DNA of 64,000 nucleotides, from the NCBI GenBank assembly GCA_902538085.1, contig CACBDV010000001.1:43766-107765 (forward strand). Reading direction: 5' to 3'. This stretch comes from an uncultured Alphaproteobacteria bacterium (GTDB lineage Bacteria > Pseudomonadota > Alphaproteobacteria > HIMB59). A program made the position numbers and the translations under genes. Below are positions 50,592 through 60,871 of the stretch, in pieces; positions within the stretch are counted from its first letter, which is position 1, and every line of letters starts with the position of its first letter. The notes below the pieces were generated by a model. The model did not search any database. It was not told the DNA's origin and saw nothing but the letters and a program-made list of their open reading frames with translations.

Positions 50592-53192
50592 TTGTTATCT
50601 TTAGATAAACTCTCAATTAAAGGTTTTAAATCTTTTGTAGAGCCAACAGATTTTGAAATCAAAAATGGTCTTACTGGTATAGTTGGCCCCAATGGTTGCG
50701 GAAAATCAAACATAGTTGAAGCAATAAGGTTTGGTTTAGGGGAAGTCTCTGCCAAACAACTTCGTGGCAAAGAGATTGATGATTTAATTTTCAATGGAAC
50801 TGATAATCGGCCCTCATGGAATATCGCTGAAGTAGGTTTGTTTGTAAATATTGATGGAAGTGATTTAGAAAATAAATTTCAATCCAAACAATTAGAAATT
50901 GCAAGAAAGATATGGAGAGGAGAAGGAACGAATTCATTCATAAATGGTAAAGAGGTAAGATTGAAAGATATTCAATTGCTATTTGCTGACGCCTCTACAT
51001 CAGCTAGATCAACTTCGATAGTTAGTCAAGGTCGTATTGGAGCAATCACGCAAGCGAAACCAGAAGATAGAAAAATGGTTTTAGAGGAAGCTGCGGGAAT
51101 ACTCGGTCTGCAATCCAGAAGGCATGATGCAGAGTTGAGGTTGAAAGGTGCCAATAATAATCTATTGAGGGTAGAGGATGTTATTCAAACATACGAAGAA
51201 CAATTAGCTATTCTTAAAAAACAAGCTAAAGAAGCTGAAAGATTTAGAAATATATCAACATTAATCAAGAATGCGGAAGCGTCTGTATTTTTCGTAAAAA
51301 GAAATGAACTTCAACTTATTCTTGAAAGACTTAATGAAGAAAAAGATAAAATAAAAGTAAAACTCGCTGATTTCCAGGGAGATGTATCAATTCAAGATCA
51401 AGCTTATGAGGATTTGAAACTTAAAATTCCACCAATGAGAGAGAAATCATACTCATTGAATAGTGAACTTGATAGGTTGAATATGACTGTAGAAAATCTT
51501 AAACAGGAAGAATTACGTTTTGAAGAGCACAAAATAAACCTCGAGCATCGTGTAAAACAACTTAATCAAGACTTACAAATTGAGCATACACAATTCGAAG
51601 AAACGACCAGTAAAATCAAAATTATTAGAAAAGATATTGAAGATTTATCCTCTAAGGAATTTGAAGCTGAAAATCGAGACAGTAACGTCAATCAATCAGA
51701 TAGAAGTTTATTAAACAATATTTCCTTTGATAAAAAATATGAAAATGCAGTAGCTGCTATTTTTGGTAAAGAACTTTTAGCATCATTGGAACCTGATGAT
51801 ATTTATTATTGGAGTGAGCACTCAGGTGAGCAGGCCAATAAAGAATTTAGTTTTAATTGTGAACCGGCTTCTAAAGTTATTAAGGCTCCAAACCAAGTAA
51901 TAAATAAGCTTAATAATGTTGCCATTGTATCTTCAAAAAAAGAAGGTATAGAGAATCATACAAAAATAAATATTGGACAAGCTATAGTCGATCTAGAGGG
52001 TAATTTGTGGCGTTGGGATGGGCTTTTTATTTCCAGTAGTTATGAGGCTAATATCTCAACAATACTGTCAGAATTAAAAGAAAAGAGGCTAAACGATCTT
52101 AAAAAGCAAGTTCTTGAGTGGGAAAGAATTTTAGAGGTCACTGTTCAAAAAACCGAGGACTTAAATCAGAGAATAAAAACTGCTAAAGAAGAATTAGAAA
52201 TTTCTGAAAACAATCCAGGAGATATTGATAGCAAAAGACAATTTTTACTTAATAAAATTAAGCAACTAGATGACGAAAAAAAACTTTTTGATAATAAATT
52301 ACAAGAGCAAGAAAATCTTTTAGAAAACCTCTCAAAAGAGCTGAGAAATAAAGAACAAAATTACTCTGTTGTAAAAGAGGAGCTAATACGAAAGGAGTCA
52401 GAAATTTCAAATTATTCAAATAATCTAACTCAGCTCGCTCAATCATGTAGAGAAAAAATTAATGTTGATTTATTAAACTTAGAAAATGAGGTAGATAAAT
52501 TCAAAAGAGATGATGATTTAGAGACCGCAGAGAAAAGAGTATTAAGATTAAACGCTGAAAGGGAGAGAATTGGTGCTGTAAACTTACTTGCTGAAGATGA
52601 ATATGTAAAATTAAGAGAAAAAGTTGATGAAACAATTAAAGATAAAAATGAAATTCAAGAATCTATAGAAAAATTACATGAGGCAATAAATAAAATTAAT
52701 AAAGAAGGTGTATTGAGACTAAAAGAAGCTTTTAAAATTGTTAATGAAAATTTCGAGAGACTATTCACTAAGTTATTTGGTGGAGGTAAAGCATATCTCA
52801 AACTTATCCAAAATGATGAAGATCCTTTAAACTCTGGTTTGGAGATATTTGCCAGTCCTCCAGGTAAGAAAATGCAAAATATAACTTTATTATCTGGAGG
52901 TGAGCAGGCTTTAACTGCAATTTCATTATTATTTGCTGTATTTATAGCGAACCCATCACCTTTTTGTATATTGGATGAGGTTGATGCTCCTCTAGATGAC
53001 AATAATGTGGATAGATTTTGTAGTATGGTTGAAGAAATTTCAGAAAAAGTTCAAACCAAATTTATTATTGTTACTCATAATCGAATGACAATGTCTAGAG
53101 TAGACAGACTCTATGGTGTTACAATGCCCGAGGAGGGAATTTCTCAAATAGTCTCTGTTGAATTAGAAGAAGCCGTAAAGTACGCTGAATAA
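50592..53192 (+). CDS. smc: chromosome segregation protein SMC (short, 866 aa)
   Basis: GFKSF, GPNGCGKSN, SQG Q-loop, hinge remnant WRWDG, LSGGEQ, LDEVDAPLD. Confidence 0.95.
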   Translation: MLSLDKLSIKGFKSFVEPTDFEIKNGLTGIVGPNGCGKSNIVEAIRFGLGEVSAKQLRGKEIDDLIFNGTDNRPSWNIAEVGLFVNIDGSDLENKFQSKQLEIARKIWRGEGTNSFINGKEVRLKDIQLLFADASTSARSTSIVSQGRIGAITQAKPEDRKMVLEEAAGILGLQSRRHDAELRLKGANNNLLRVEDVIQTYEEQLAILKKQAKEAERFRNISTLIKNAEASVFFVKRNELQLILERLNEEKDKIKVKLADFQGDVSIQDQAYEDLKLKIPPMREKSYSLNSELDRLNMTVENLKQEELRFEEHKINLEHRVKQLNQDLQIEHTQFEETTSKIKIIRKDIEDLSSKEFEAENRDSNVNQSDRSLLNNISFDKKYENAVAAIFGKELLASLEPDDIYYWSEHSGEQANKEFSFNCEPASKVIKAPNQVINKLNNVAIVSSKKEGIENHTKINIGQAIVDLEGNLWRWDGLFISSSYEANISTILSELKEKRLNDLKKQVLEWERILEVTVQKTEDLNQRIKTAKEELEISENNPGDIDSKRQFLLNKIKQLDDEKKLFDNKLQEQENLLENLSKELRNKEQNYSVVKEELIRKESEISNYSNNLTQLAQSCREKINVDLLNLENEVDKFKRDDDLETAEKRVLRLNAERERIGAVNLLAEDEYVKLREKVDETIKDKNEIQESIEKLHEAINKINKEGVLRLKEAFKIVNENFERLFTKLFGGGKAYLKLIQNDEDPLNSGLEIFASPPGKKMQNITLLSGGEQALTAISLLFAVFIANPSPFCILDEVDAPLDDNNVDRFCSMVEEISEKVQTKFIIVTHNRMTMSRVDRLYGVTMPEEGISQIVSVELEEAVKYAE

Positions 53193-53428
53193 TGGCAAAT
53201 GATGAAGAAAATGATAATAAAAAGCCAAGTATGCAAGGTCTTAGCTTTGCTTATAGAATCTCAACTGAATTATTAGGCGCTTTAATTGTTTCTGTTGTTA
53301 TTGGATTGTTGATTGATAAGGTGTTTGATAGCAAACCTATTGGTTTAATAACGTTGATAATACTTGGTTTTTTTGCAGGTTTATTGAATATTTACAGGCT
53401 TATACGTCGCATAGAAAACTCTAAATAA
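53192..53428 (+). CDS. atpI: AtpZ/AtpI family ATP synthase accessory protein
   Basis: Two TM helices, GLLIDKVFDSKP, GFFAG; first gene of the F0 cluster. Confidence 0.9.
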   Translation: MANDEENDNKKPSMQGLSFAYRISTELLGALIVSVVIGLLIDKVFDSKPIGLITLIILGFFAGLLNIYRLIRRIENSK

Positions 53429-53445
53429 ATCTGTTTTATTATCTC

Positions 53446-54198
53446 ATGGCTAAGGGTGAGAGTCCTCTCAAACAGTTTGAAATACAACCCATTGTTGACA
53501 TTAATTTCCTAGGTTTTGATATCTCTTTTACTAATTCTGCTCTATGGATGACTATTACAACAGCGTTTATTTTAATTTTTTTTACAGTGCCTTTTTTAAA
53601 AGCAAAAAAAACAAACTCTGTAAGTGACCTTTACCCGACCAGAATGCAAGTTGCTGCTGAGCTTGGTTTTAATTTTATAAATAGTTTATTAGCAGACACT
53701 GTAGGTAAAGAGGGCAAAAAATACTTTCCTTTAGTTTTTACTTTGTTCATGTTTATTTTATTTGGAAATCTTTTTGGTATGATTCCTTACAGCTTTACTT
53801 TTACTAGCCATATCATAGTGACTTTAGCTCTTGCAATGGGTGTGTTTATCTTTGTTACAGTTTTAGGTTTTGTAAAACATGGCGTAAAATTTTTTAGCTT
53901 TTTTGTTATCCCTGGCTTGCCCGTATATATGCTTCCTTTATTGATACCAATTGAAATAATATCTTACCTCTCCAGACCAATAAGCTTATCTGTTAGACTT
54001 TTTGCTAACATGCTTGCTGGTCATACTTTACTAAAAGTTTTTGCAGGGTTTGTCTCTGCGCTAGGTTTTTTTGGAATTTTGCCATTAGTATTCATAATAG
54101 CTTTAACAGGTTTAGAAATATTAATTGCATTTTTGCAGGCATATGTTTTTGCAATATTAACATGTTTGTATATTAACGACGCTTTACACTTACACTAG
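53446..54198 (+). CDS. atpB: F0F1 ATP synthase subunit a
   Basis: RPISLSVRLFANMLAGH, LQAYVF. Confidence 0.98.
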   Translation: MAKGESPLKQFEIQPIVDINFLGFDISFTNSALWMTITTAFILIFFTVPFLKAKKTNSVSDLYPTRMQVAAELGFNFINSLLADTVGKEGKKYFPLVFTLFMFILFGNLFGMIPYSFTFTSHIIVTLALAMGVFIFVTVLGFVKHGVKFFSFFVIPGLPVYMLPLLIPIEIISYLSRPISLSVRLFANMLAGHTLLKVFAGFVSALGFFGILPLVFIIALTGLEILIAFLQAYVFAILTCLYINDALHLH

Positions 54199-54206
54199 AT
54201 GAACAT

Positions 54207-54214
54207 AAGGAGGT
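54207..54214 (+). promoter_or_regulatory. strong Shine-Dalgarno site for atpE
   Basis: AAGGAGGT 4 nt upstream of the atpE ATG at 54219. Confidence 0.8.
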
Positions 54215-54218
54215 AAAT

Positions 54219-54446
54219 ATGGAACTAGTTGAAGGACTAAAATACTTGGGTGCAGGTTTAGCAGTGATCGGCGTGATCGGTGCTGGAATTGGTATTGGCA
54301 ATGTTTTTGCTGCTTTTATTACTGCTGTTGGAAGAAATCCAGCTGCAAGAAACGAAGTTTTTACCATGACAATGTTAGGTTTTGCCCTAGTTGAAGCTAT
54401 TGCTTTATTTGCATTGGTCATAGCATTAGTAATTCTGTTTTCATAA
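54219..54446 (+). CDS. atpE: F0F1 ATP synthase subunit c
   Basis: GxGxGxG, RNP loop, GFALVEAIALF proton-binding Glu. Confidence 0.98.
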   Translation: MELVEGLKYLGAGLAVIGVIGAGIGIGNVFAAFITAVGRNPAARNEVFTMTMLGFALVEAIALFALVIALVILFS

Positions 54447-54463
54447 CAGGGACTGACTAACGG

Positions 54464-54922
54464 ATGCCTCAATTAGAGCAAGTAGAGTTTTTTATATCTC
54501 AGCTTTTTTGGCTGGGTGTTTTTTTTGTAATACTGTTTACAGTATTGACATACATAACACTTCCTAAAATTAGAGCTTTTTTGAATCAAAGAGATGATTT
54601 TGTAAAATCACATATCTCAAAACAAGATGAATTAATCAAAAAAGCTGAGTCAATAATTGAAAACTACGAAGCTAAACTTACTGAGGCAAAGAACCAAGCA
54701 TCACAAATTATTAATGATGCCAAAGATAAAGCTTTAAAAGAAAGTGAAGACTTAATCAAAGCTACGGAAGAAAAGATCCAACATGAAATCAAACAAACTG
54801 AGGAAAGAGTCGCGAAAGAAAAGGATACTGCGATATCTGAACTAAACGATCAACTTAAAGACTCAGCAACTAATTTTTTGTCAAAAGTAACTAACATAGA
54901 AAAGGGTAATATCAACCTTTAA
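54464..54922 (+). CDS. atpG: F0F1 ATP synthase subunit b'
   Basis: MPQL...SQLFWL N-terminus, coiled coil. Confidence 0.9.
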   Translation: MPQLEQVEFFISQLFWLGVFFVILFTVLTYITLPKIRAFLNQRDDFVKSHISKQDELIKKAESIIENYEAKLTEAKNQASQIINDAKDKALKESEDLIKATEEKIQHEIKQTEERVAKEKDTAISELNDQLKDSATNFLSKVTNIEKGNINL

Positions 54923-55407
54923 TGAGCTATTTATTTCAAGATCCTAAGTTCTGGTTATTAATTTCATTTATTACATTTATTATTCTAATGATTAAACCTT
55001 TCAAAAGTATGATGATTGGTGGTCTAGACTCAAAAATAAATGAAATAAAAGAAAATATTGATAAATCTCTTAAATCCTTTTCTGAAGCTGAAATAAAGTT
55101 AAAAGATGCAGAAAAACAAACTGAAGATCTATCTAACAAAATTGATGAGATCATAAACAATGCTAAGTCCCAGTCTGAAGCTATCTCAAAAAATATAATT
55201 GATAAAACTGCCTTAACGATCAAATCAAAAGAAAAGAACTCTCTGGACAGAATAAAACAAATAGAGCTCTCTGCTGTCCAATCAATCAAAAATCAGGCTT
55301 CAATTGAGCTGAACAAATTAATTATCAATTATTTTTCAGAAATATCTGAGGATAGTAAGGCTAAAATATTAAACAAAAGTATTATTGATCTTAAAACTAT
55401 TAACTAA
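54922..55407 (+). CDS. atpF: F0F1 ATP synthase subunit b
   Basis: DPKFWLLISF TM anchor then coiled coil; operon position. Confidence 0.9.
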   Translation: MSYLFQDPKFWLLISFITFIILMIKPFKSMMIGGLDSKINEIKENIDKSLKSFSEAEIKLKDAEKQTEDLSNKIDEIINNAKSQSEAISKNIIDKTALTIKSKEKNSLDRIKQIELSAVQSIKNQASIELNKLIINYFSEISEDSKAKILNKSIIDLKTIN

Positions 55408-55478
55408 CAACTTTAACCACCACTGTTTTAAATAAGTATCTTTATCTATCACAATTTAAACTCTAAAATTAACTATAA

Positions 55479-56420
55479 ATGGCAGTTTATACCGAAGTAT
55501 CTCTTTCTGAGGCTCAAGAATTATTTCAACCTCTAGGAAAAATAATTGAATTTGAGGGTATTAAAGAGGGAGTTGAAAATACTAATTATTTAGTAAAATT
55601 AAGCGATAATAAAAAATTTATTTTAACTCTATTTGAGAAAAGAACTGAAGAACAAGATTTACCTTATTTTAATAATTTAATGAAATTATTTTATGATAAT
55701 GGCATTTCTTGTCCATTAAGTTTGACTTTGAATAATAAAAACTTATTTAAAATAAAAGGCAAACCCTGTTGTATTTATAGTTTTATTGAAGGTAGTCCAG
55801 TAGTGAAGCCTAATTTAGAGCAATTAAAATCACTAGGAAATTCAATTGCTAAGTTACATCAATTTGGAGATTATTCCGAACTTTTTAGAGAAAATATGAT
55901 GCTATTACCCACATGGAAGTTTATTACAAGTCAGTTTTCTAAAAACGAAACAAAAATAAATTCTAGTGAATACAAATATATATTGAATAACATTAATACA
56001 TTAAGTGATAGTTTTCCCCAAAATTTAAGAAAGATAAACATTCACGCAGATTTATTTAAAGACAACATATTTTTTGTTGGAGATCAGGTTTCAGGATTTA
56101 TAGATTTCTTTTTTTCCTGTACAGATACAATCATTTATGATTTGGCTACTTTTGTGAATGCTTGGTTTTTTTCAGAAAATAAATTTATTGAAGAAAATTA
56201 TGTGAGTTTCTTAAGATCTTATAAAGAGAGTATCGAATTAACACCAGAAGAGAAAAACCACTTTAATTTTTATTTAAAAGTGAGTGCAATTCGTTTTTTT
56301 TTAACAAGAATTTATGATTTAAATTTTAATCTTGAAGGAGACGTTAAACATAAAAATCCCTTGGAGTTTTTTGAAATATTTAAATTTCATGAAAATAATA
56401 ATTTACAGGATTTTTTTTGA
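55479..56420 (+). CDS. thrB: homoserine kinase type II
   Basis: MAVYT, EGVENTNY, LTLFEKR, IHADLFKDN, IDF; thrB-rnhA synteny. Confidence 0.93.
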   Translation: MAVYTEVSLSEAQELFQPLGKIIEFEGIKEGVENTNYLVKLSDNKKFILTLFEKRTEEQDLPYFNNLMKLFYDNGISCPLSLTLNNKNLFKIKGKPCCIYSFIEGSPVVKPNLEQLKSLGNSIAKLHQFGDYSELFRENMMLLPTWKFITSQFSKNETKINSSEYKYILNNINTLSDSFPQNLRKINIHADLFKDNIFFVGDQVSGFIDFFFSCTDTIIYDLATFVNAWFFSENKFIEENYVSFLRSYKESIELTPEEKNHFNFYLKVSAIRFFLTRIYDLNFNLEGDVKHKNPLEFFEIFKFHENNNLQDFF

Positions 56421-56860
56421 TAAAGGTATACACAGATGGCTCATGTCTCGGAAACCCTGGAAATGGGGGTTGGGCGTTTTTAATAATTAATAAAAATGAT
56501 ATTTCTTATAGAGCTGGATTTGAAAGAAATGCAACAAATAATCAAATGGAGCTAATGGCAGCAATCAAAGCGTTAGAATTCCTTGATCAGCATAATGATA
56601 TAAATCTTAATACCGATAGTAATTATGTTAAGCAAGGCATCACAAATTGGATATTTAATTGGAAAAAAAATAATTGGAAAACCTCATCTAAAAAGCCTGT
56701 AAAAAATAAAGAGCTTTGGGAACGATTAGACGAATTAAATCTTAGTAAAAATATTAATTGGATTTGGGTAAAGGCACATAATATCGATGAATTTAATAAC
56801 CAAGTTGATATTCTTGCTAGGAAAGCGGCAGAAAATTTAACTGAGTCTTCGTTTAACTAG
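56417..56860 (+). CDS. rnhA: ribonuclease HI
   Basis: YTDGSCLGNPG, TNNQMEL, TDSNYV, WVKAH. Confidence 0.96.
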   Translation: MIKVYTDGSCLGNPGNGGWAFLIINKNDISYRAGFERNATNNQMELMAAIKALEFLDQHNDINLNTDSNYVKQGITNWIFNWKKNNWKTSSKKPVKNKELWERLDELNLSKNINWIWVKAHNIDEFNNQVDILARKAAENLTESSFN

Positions 56861-58090
56861 TTCAGCTGTTTCAAGGTTTTCAATAGGACCTATTGATGAC
56901 AGAGTCAAATTTGAGTCTAATATTTTTTTTCTTGCTTTTTCAAGGTCCTCTAATTGCACAGAGTCAATCTTCGAAATAAATTCATCGAGAGATCTAACTT
57001 TATTGTGCATTAAATAACTAGAAGCGTTAGATCTACATCTCGTTGAGATACTTTCCTCTCCTTTTAGAATTCCCACTTTAAATTTAGCCTTAGTCTTCGT
57101 TAATTCCTCCTCAGTAAAGGTATTAGCATTAATATTTAATTGATCGCATAGTACGGGTATTAATTCTTTAACTTCCTTGTGCCCTGTGCCGGCATAGACA
57201 TAAAAAATACCTGAGTCAGAAAAGAAATCACCACTACTGTATATGCTATAAACCAATCCTCTTTTTTCTCGAATTTCTTGAAATAATCTCGAAGACATAC
57301 CAGAGCCAAGAAGTGTTGAATAAACTCTTGTTGCATAGTAAAGGTCTGAATGAATATCTACACCCTCAAAACCTAGTAACAACTTTACCTGTTCTAAATT
57401 TTTCTCTTGACGGTATTCTCCACCAACATAAGAAGATTTTGGAATATAATCGTCGTCGCCATGAGGGAGATTTTGGAATTTCTCCTCAACAAGTTTAATT
57501 ATTTTATCCTCTTCAAAATTTCCTGATACAGAAAAAACCATTTTTTTTGGGTTATAGAATCCTTTCATAAAACTCTCAACTTCATCCCTTGATATAGACT
57601 TTATAATTTCAGCCGTACCTAAAATTGACCTACCCATGGGTTGGTCAGGGTAAGCTAACTCGTCGAATTTATCAGCAACAATACTATCTGGCTCATCAGC
57701 ATACATTCCAATCTCTTGTAATATGACGCCTCTCTCTTTATCGAGTTCCTTAGAGTCAAAAGTTGAAAACTGTAATATATCGCTAATTACGTCTATGGAT
57801 AGTTCAACATTTTCCTTTAAACCACTCATGTAATAAGCAGTTATTTCTCTTGAAGTATAGGCATTGTGAGAATTACCTACTAGCTCAACCTCTTTTGCTA
57901 TTTGAGCAGCTGATCTATTTTTTGTTCCTTTGAATGCCATGTGCTCTAATAAGTGAGCAACACCATTAATTTCTTTTCGCTCATTTCTTGCCCCGACCTT
58001 GTTCCACATTCCTACACTTACTGTTTCTACGGTGTTTACATAATCTGTTATCAAGGTCATTCCATTTTTAAGCTTATGAATATTAGGCAT
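56837..58090 (-). CDS. M16B family zinc peptidase (MPP-like)
   Basis: HLLEHMAFKGT (HxxEH), NAYTS, SSRLFQEIREKRGLVY. Confidence 0.95.
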   Translation of the reverse strand: MPNIHKLKNGMTLITDYVNTVETVSVGMWNKVGARNERKEINGVAHLLEHMAFKGTKNRSAAQIAKEVELVGNSHNAYTSREITAYYMSGLKENVELSIDVISDILQFSTFDSKELDKERGVILQEIGMYADEPDSIVADKFDELAYPDQPMGRSILGTAEIIKSISRDEVESFMKGFYNPKKMVFSVSGNFEEDKIIKLVEEKFQNLPHGDDDYIPKSSYVGGEYRQEKNLEQVKLLLGFEGVDIHSDLYYATRVYSTLLGSGMSSRLFQEIREKRGLVYSIYSSGDFFSDSGIFYVYAGTGHKEVKELIPVLCDQLNINANTFTEEELTKTKAKFKVGILKGEESISTRCRSNASSYLMHNKVRSLDEFISKIDSVQLEDLEKARKKILDSNLTLSSIGPIENLETAELVKRRLS

Positions 58091-59435
58091 GTGCTTCTAT
58101 GTAATCTCCTAGTTCCTTGTAATTGTTGTCTAAAATTGCAAATTTTTCATCATTAAGAAATTCTATGTTTTTATCATATTTTACATTGTTGCCTAATGCC
58201 TTTTGGACAGTTTCCTGAAATTTTACTGGATGGGCACAAGCAAGACACATTGCTTTTTTTAAATTTAATTTTTCTGCACATACTATGCCAACAGCTGTAT
58301 GAGGGTCTAATAAAATTTTATAATTTTCATATGTGATTTTAATTTGATTTTCAACCTCTTTAGAAGTTGCACTCTCAGATAAAAATTTCTCAGATAATAA
58401 CTTATGAATAGAACTTTCTAATTTTTTGTTATGTTCATTGTTTTGTATATTTTGAAAAAGCTCATTTGTTGCTCCTGGTCCAAGAAGCTCTGCTAAAAGT
58501 CTTTCAAAATTACTTGATATTGTTATATCCATGCTAGGGCTATTAGTTTTTACAACATTGTAAAGATGTAGATCATTATTACTTATAATTCGATGTAAAA
58601 TATTATTCTCATTTGTCGCAACAATTAACTTATTTATTGGAAATCCCATTGACTTTAGCAAATGAGCAGAATATATATTTCCAAAATTGCCACTTGGTAC
58701 AACAAAATTATCAATATTATGATTAAGATATGACCATGCATAATAAATTGATTGAGGTAGCACCCTAAACCAATTAATTGAATTCACTGCAGTAAAGCTA
58801 TATTTATTATTTATATCTTTATCTCTAAAAAGTTTTTTTACTAAATTTTGACAATCATCAAAACTTCCATTTAGGGCAATATTAAAAACATTTTTACCTC
58901 CACTAGTTGTCATTTGTTTTCTTTGGAAGAGAGATGTGGAGTTATGAGGGTGTAAAATAAAAATACTAATATTTTCAATATCTTTAAAGGCTTGAATTGC
59001 AGCAGAACCGGTATCGCCAGAAGTTGCTCCGATAACTACTAATTTTCTATCTAGTTTCTTTAAATAGTATTCATATATCTTAGCTAACAAACACATAGCA
59101 TAATCTTTAAAAGCTAGTGTCGGACCATGAAATAAATTTAATAGATCGTTGTCACCTATGTTAGATATTGAAACAATTTCTTTGTCAAATTTACAATATG
59201 CCTCTTCGATAATCTTTTCAATTATTGGGGCTTCAAATAAATCTGATAAAAAAGGGGTTAAAATAAAATTTGCTATTTCAAAATAATTTTTTCCTTTTAA
59301 TGCATTTATTTGATTATTACTAAATTTTGGAATTTTATTTGGAATAAATAGACCTCCATCTGGTGCTAGACCGAAATTGAGTACCTGCTCAGCAGAGTAC
59401 TCTTTTTTATCATCTCGCGTGCTTATATATTTCAT
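58083..59435 (-). CDS. thrC: threonine synthase
   Basis: YISTR, GLAPDGGL, FHGPTLAFKD, ATSGDTGSAA, VPSGNFGN, SPSMDI, DPHTA. Confidence 0.96.
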   Translation of the reverse strand: MKYISTRDDKKEYSAEQVLNFGLAPDGGLFIPNKIPKFSNNQINALKGKNYFEIANFILTPFLSDLFEAPIIEKIIEEAYCKFDKEIVSISNIGDNDLLNLFHGPTLAFKDYAMCLLAKIYEYYLKKLDRKLVVIGATSGDTGSAAIQAFKDIENISIFILHPHNSTSLFQRKQMTTSGGKNVFNIALNGSFDDCQNLVKKLFRDKDINNKYSFTAVNSINWFRVLPQSIYYAWSYLNHNIDNFVVPSGNFGNIYSAHLLKSMGFPINKLIVATNENNILHRIISNNDLHLYNVVKTNSPSMDITISSNFERLLAELLGPGATNELFQNIQNNEHNKKLESSIHKLLSEKFLSESATSKEVENQIKITYENYKILLDPHTAVGIVCAEKLNLKKAMCLACAHPVKFQETVQKALGNNVKYDKNIEFLNDEKFAILDNNYKELGDYIEAHA

Positions 59436-60871
59436 TTAACAAATCTATCAACCAAATGATCTAAATAATATTTTGAGTTTAAATTCTCACCAGAAATGCT
59501 TTGTAACATTTCATCAGATGAATATAAAGAGGCTTTTTGATGGATATTAGTATTTAACCAAATGATTAAATTATTTATATTTTCTTCATTAGGGTTGTCT
59601 AAAAAAATATCAAATAGAGGACAATTATATTTAATTTGTGAGGCTATCATAGCACCAAGTGCATAAGTAGGGAAATAACCAAATATACCTTCATACCAAT
59701 GAATATCTTGGAGAACCCCCTCTGTTTCTGAAATTAAGTTGATTGACAAATTATTTAAATAGTTTTCGTTCCATAAATTTTTAATATCTTTAAAGTAAAT
59801 TTTATTTTTAAATATCTCTTTTTCAATTTTATACCTGATGTAAACATGGATCGGGTAAGAAAATTCATCAGCACTAACCCTTATAGGATTAACTCTCACA
59901 GTATGATAGTGCTCTAAAAACGATTTTTCCAAATCTTTAGAGTTATCAAAAATATTGTTTATAATTTTAAAATAAACCTTTGATTTAAAGATATGATTTT
60001 CAAAAAAAAGAGATTGGCTTTCATGGACGCTTAAACTACGAGATTGACCCAATGGCTCATAAAGATATTCATTAGGTCGATTCTGCTCATAAACTCCATG
60101 GCCTGTCTCATGAAATAATGCTGATAAGGACTCTAGTATATTGTCTTCAAACCTGGTTGTTATCCTTACATCATTTGTAGCTCCGCCACAAAAAGGGTGA
60201 TGAGATTGATCAATTCTACCTCTATCAAAATCAAAGTTGAGTTGTTCTAATTTTACTTTCACCATTTTTAATATTTCTGAGTCTGAAATATTTGATTTAT
60301 AAATATGAGGTGATTTAATTTTTTTTATATCCAAATATTTAGGTATTATTTCTCTCTCAATTACTGAAAAAAATTTGTCTATCTTTGATGAGTCATAATC
60401 CATATCATATTTTGAAATTAATGAGTCATAAGGTGATAGATTAGTTGCTTTAGCTAATTGACTAGCTTCCTCATGTACTAAATCTAATAAATCATTGAAA
60501 TCTTTTTCAATGACCGAAGAATCATTTTTTGATCTAGCCTCTCTCCATAAATGCTCACAAGTTAGTTTTTTTTTTATCAGTAGAGATTTCAAATCTGGGT
60601 CAATAGCATTTTCTTTGACGATAATATTCTTCATTAATTTTAAACACATGCTATCTGCCTCGCTTAATTTTGTATTTTCAGCTTTTTGAATTTCTTCTTG
60701 AATATCTTCGCTTCTAAATATTCTATCAGTAAAGTTAGATAAAATAGACATTTGCTCTGATCTAGACTCAACACTTTTTTTTGGCAAATTAGTTGCATTA
60801 TCCCAAAATAAAAGACCACTGACATCATTCAAAACATAGTAGCTTTTAAAATACTCTTTAAGTTTATTCAT
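59432..60871 (-). CDS. M32 family carboxypeptidase (Taq-like)
   Basis: HPF, DVRITTR, HETGH, HESQ, IRVSADE, GVLQDIHW, GYFPTY. Confidence 0.95.
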   Translation of the reverse strand: MNKLKEYFKSYYVLNDVSGLLFWDNATNLPKKSVESRSEQMSILSNFTDRIFRSEDIQEEIQKAENTKLSEADSMCLKLMKNIIVKENAIDPDLKSLLIKKKLTCEHLWREARSKNDSSVIEKDFNDLLDLVHEEASQLAKATNLSPYDSLISKYDMDYDSSKIDKFFSVIEREIIPKYLDIKKIKSPHIYKSNISDSEILKMVKVKLEQLNFDFDRGRIDQSHHPFCGGATNDVRITTRFEDNILESLSALFHETGHGVYEQNRPNEYLYEPLGQSRSLSVHESQSLFFENHIFKSKVYFKIINNIFDNSKDLEKSFLEHYHTVRVNPIRVSADEFSYPIHVYIRYKIEKEIFKNKIYFKDIKNLWNENYLNNLSINLISETEGVLQDIHWYEGIFGYFPTYALGAMIASQIKYNCPLFDIFLDNPNEENINNLIIWLNTNIHQKASLYSSDEMLQSISGENLNSKYYLDHLVDRFVK

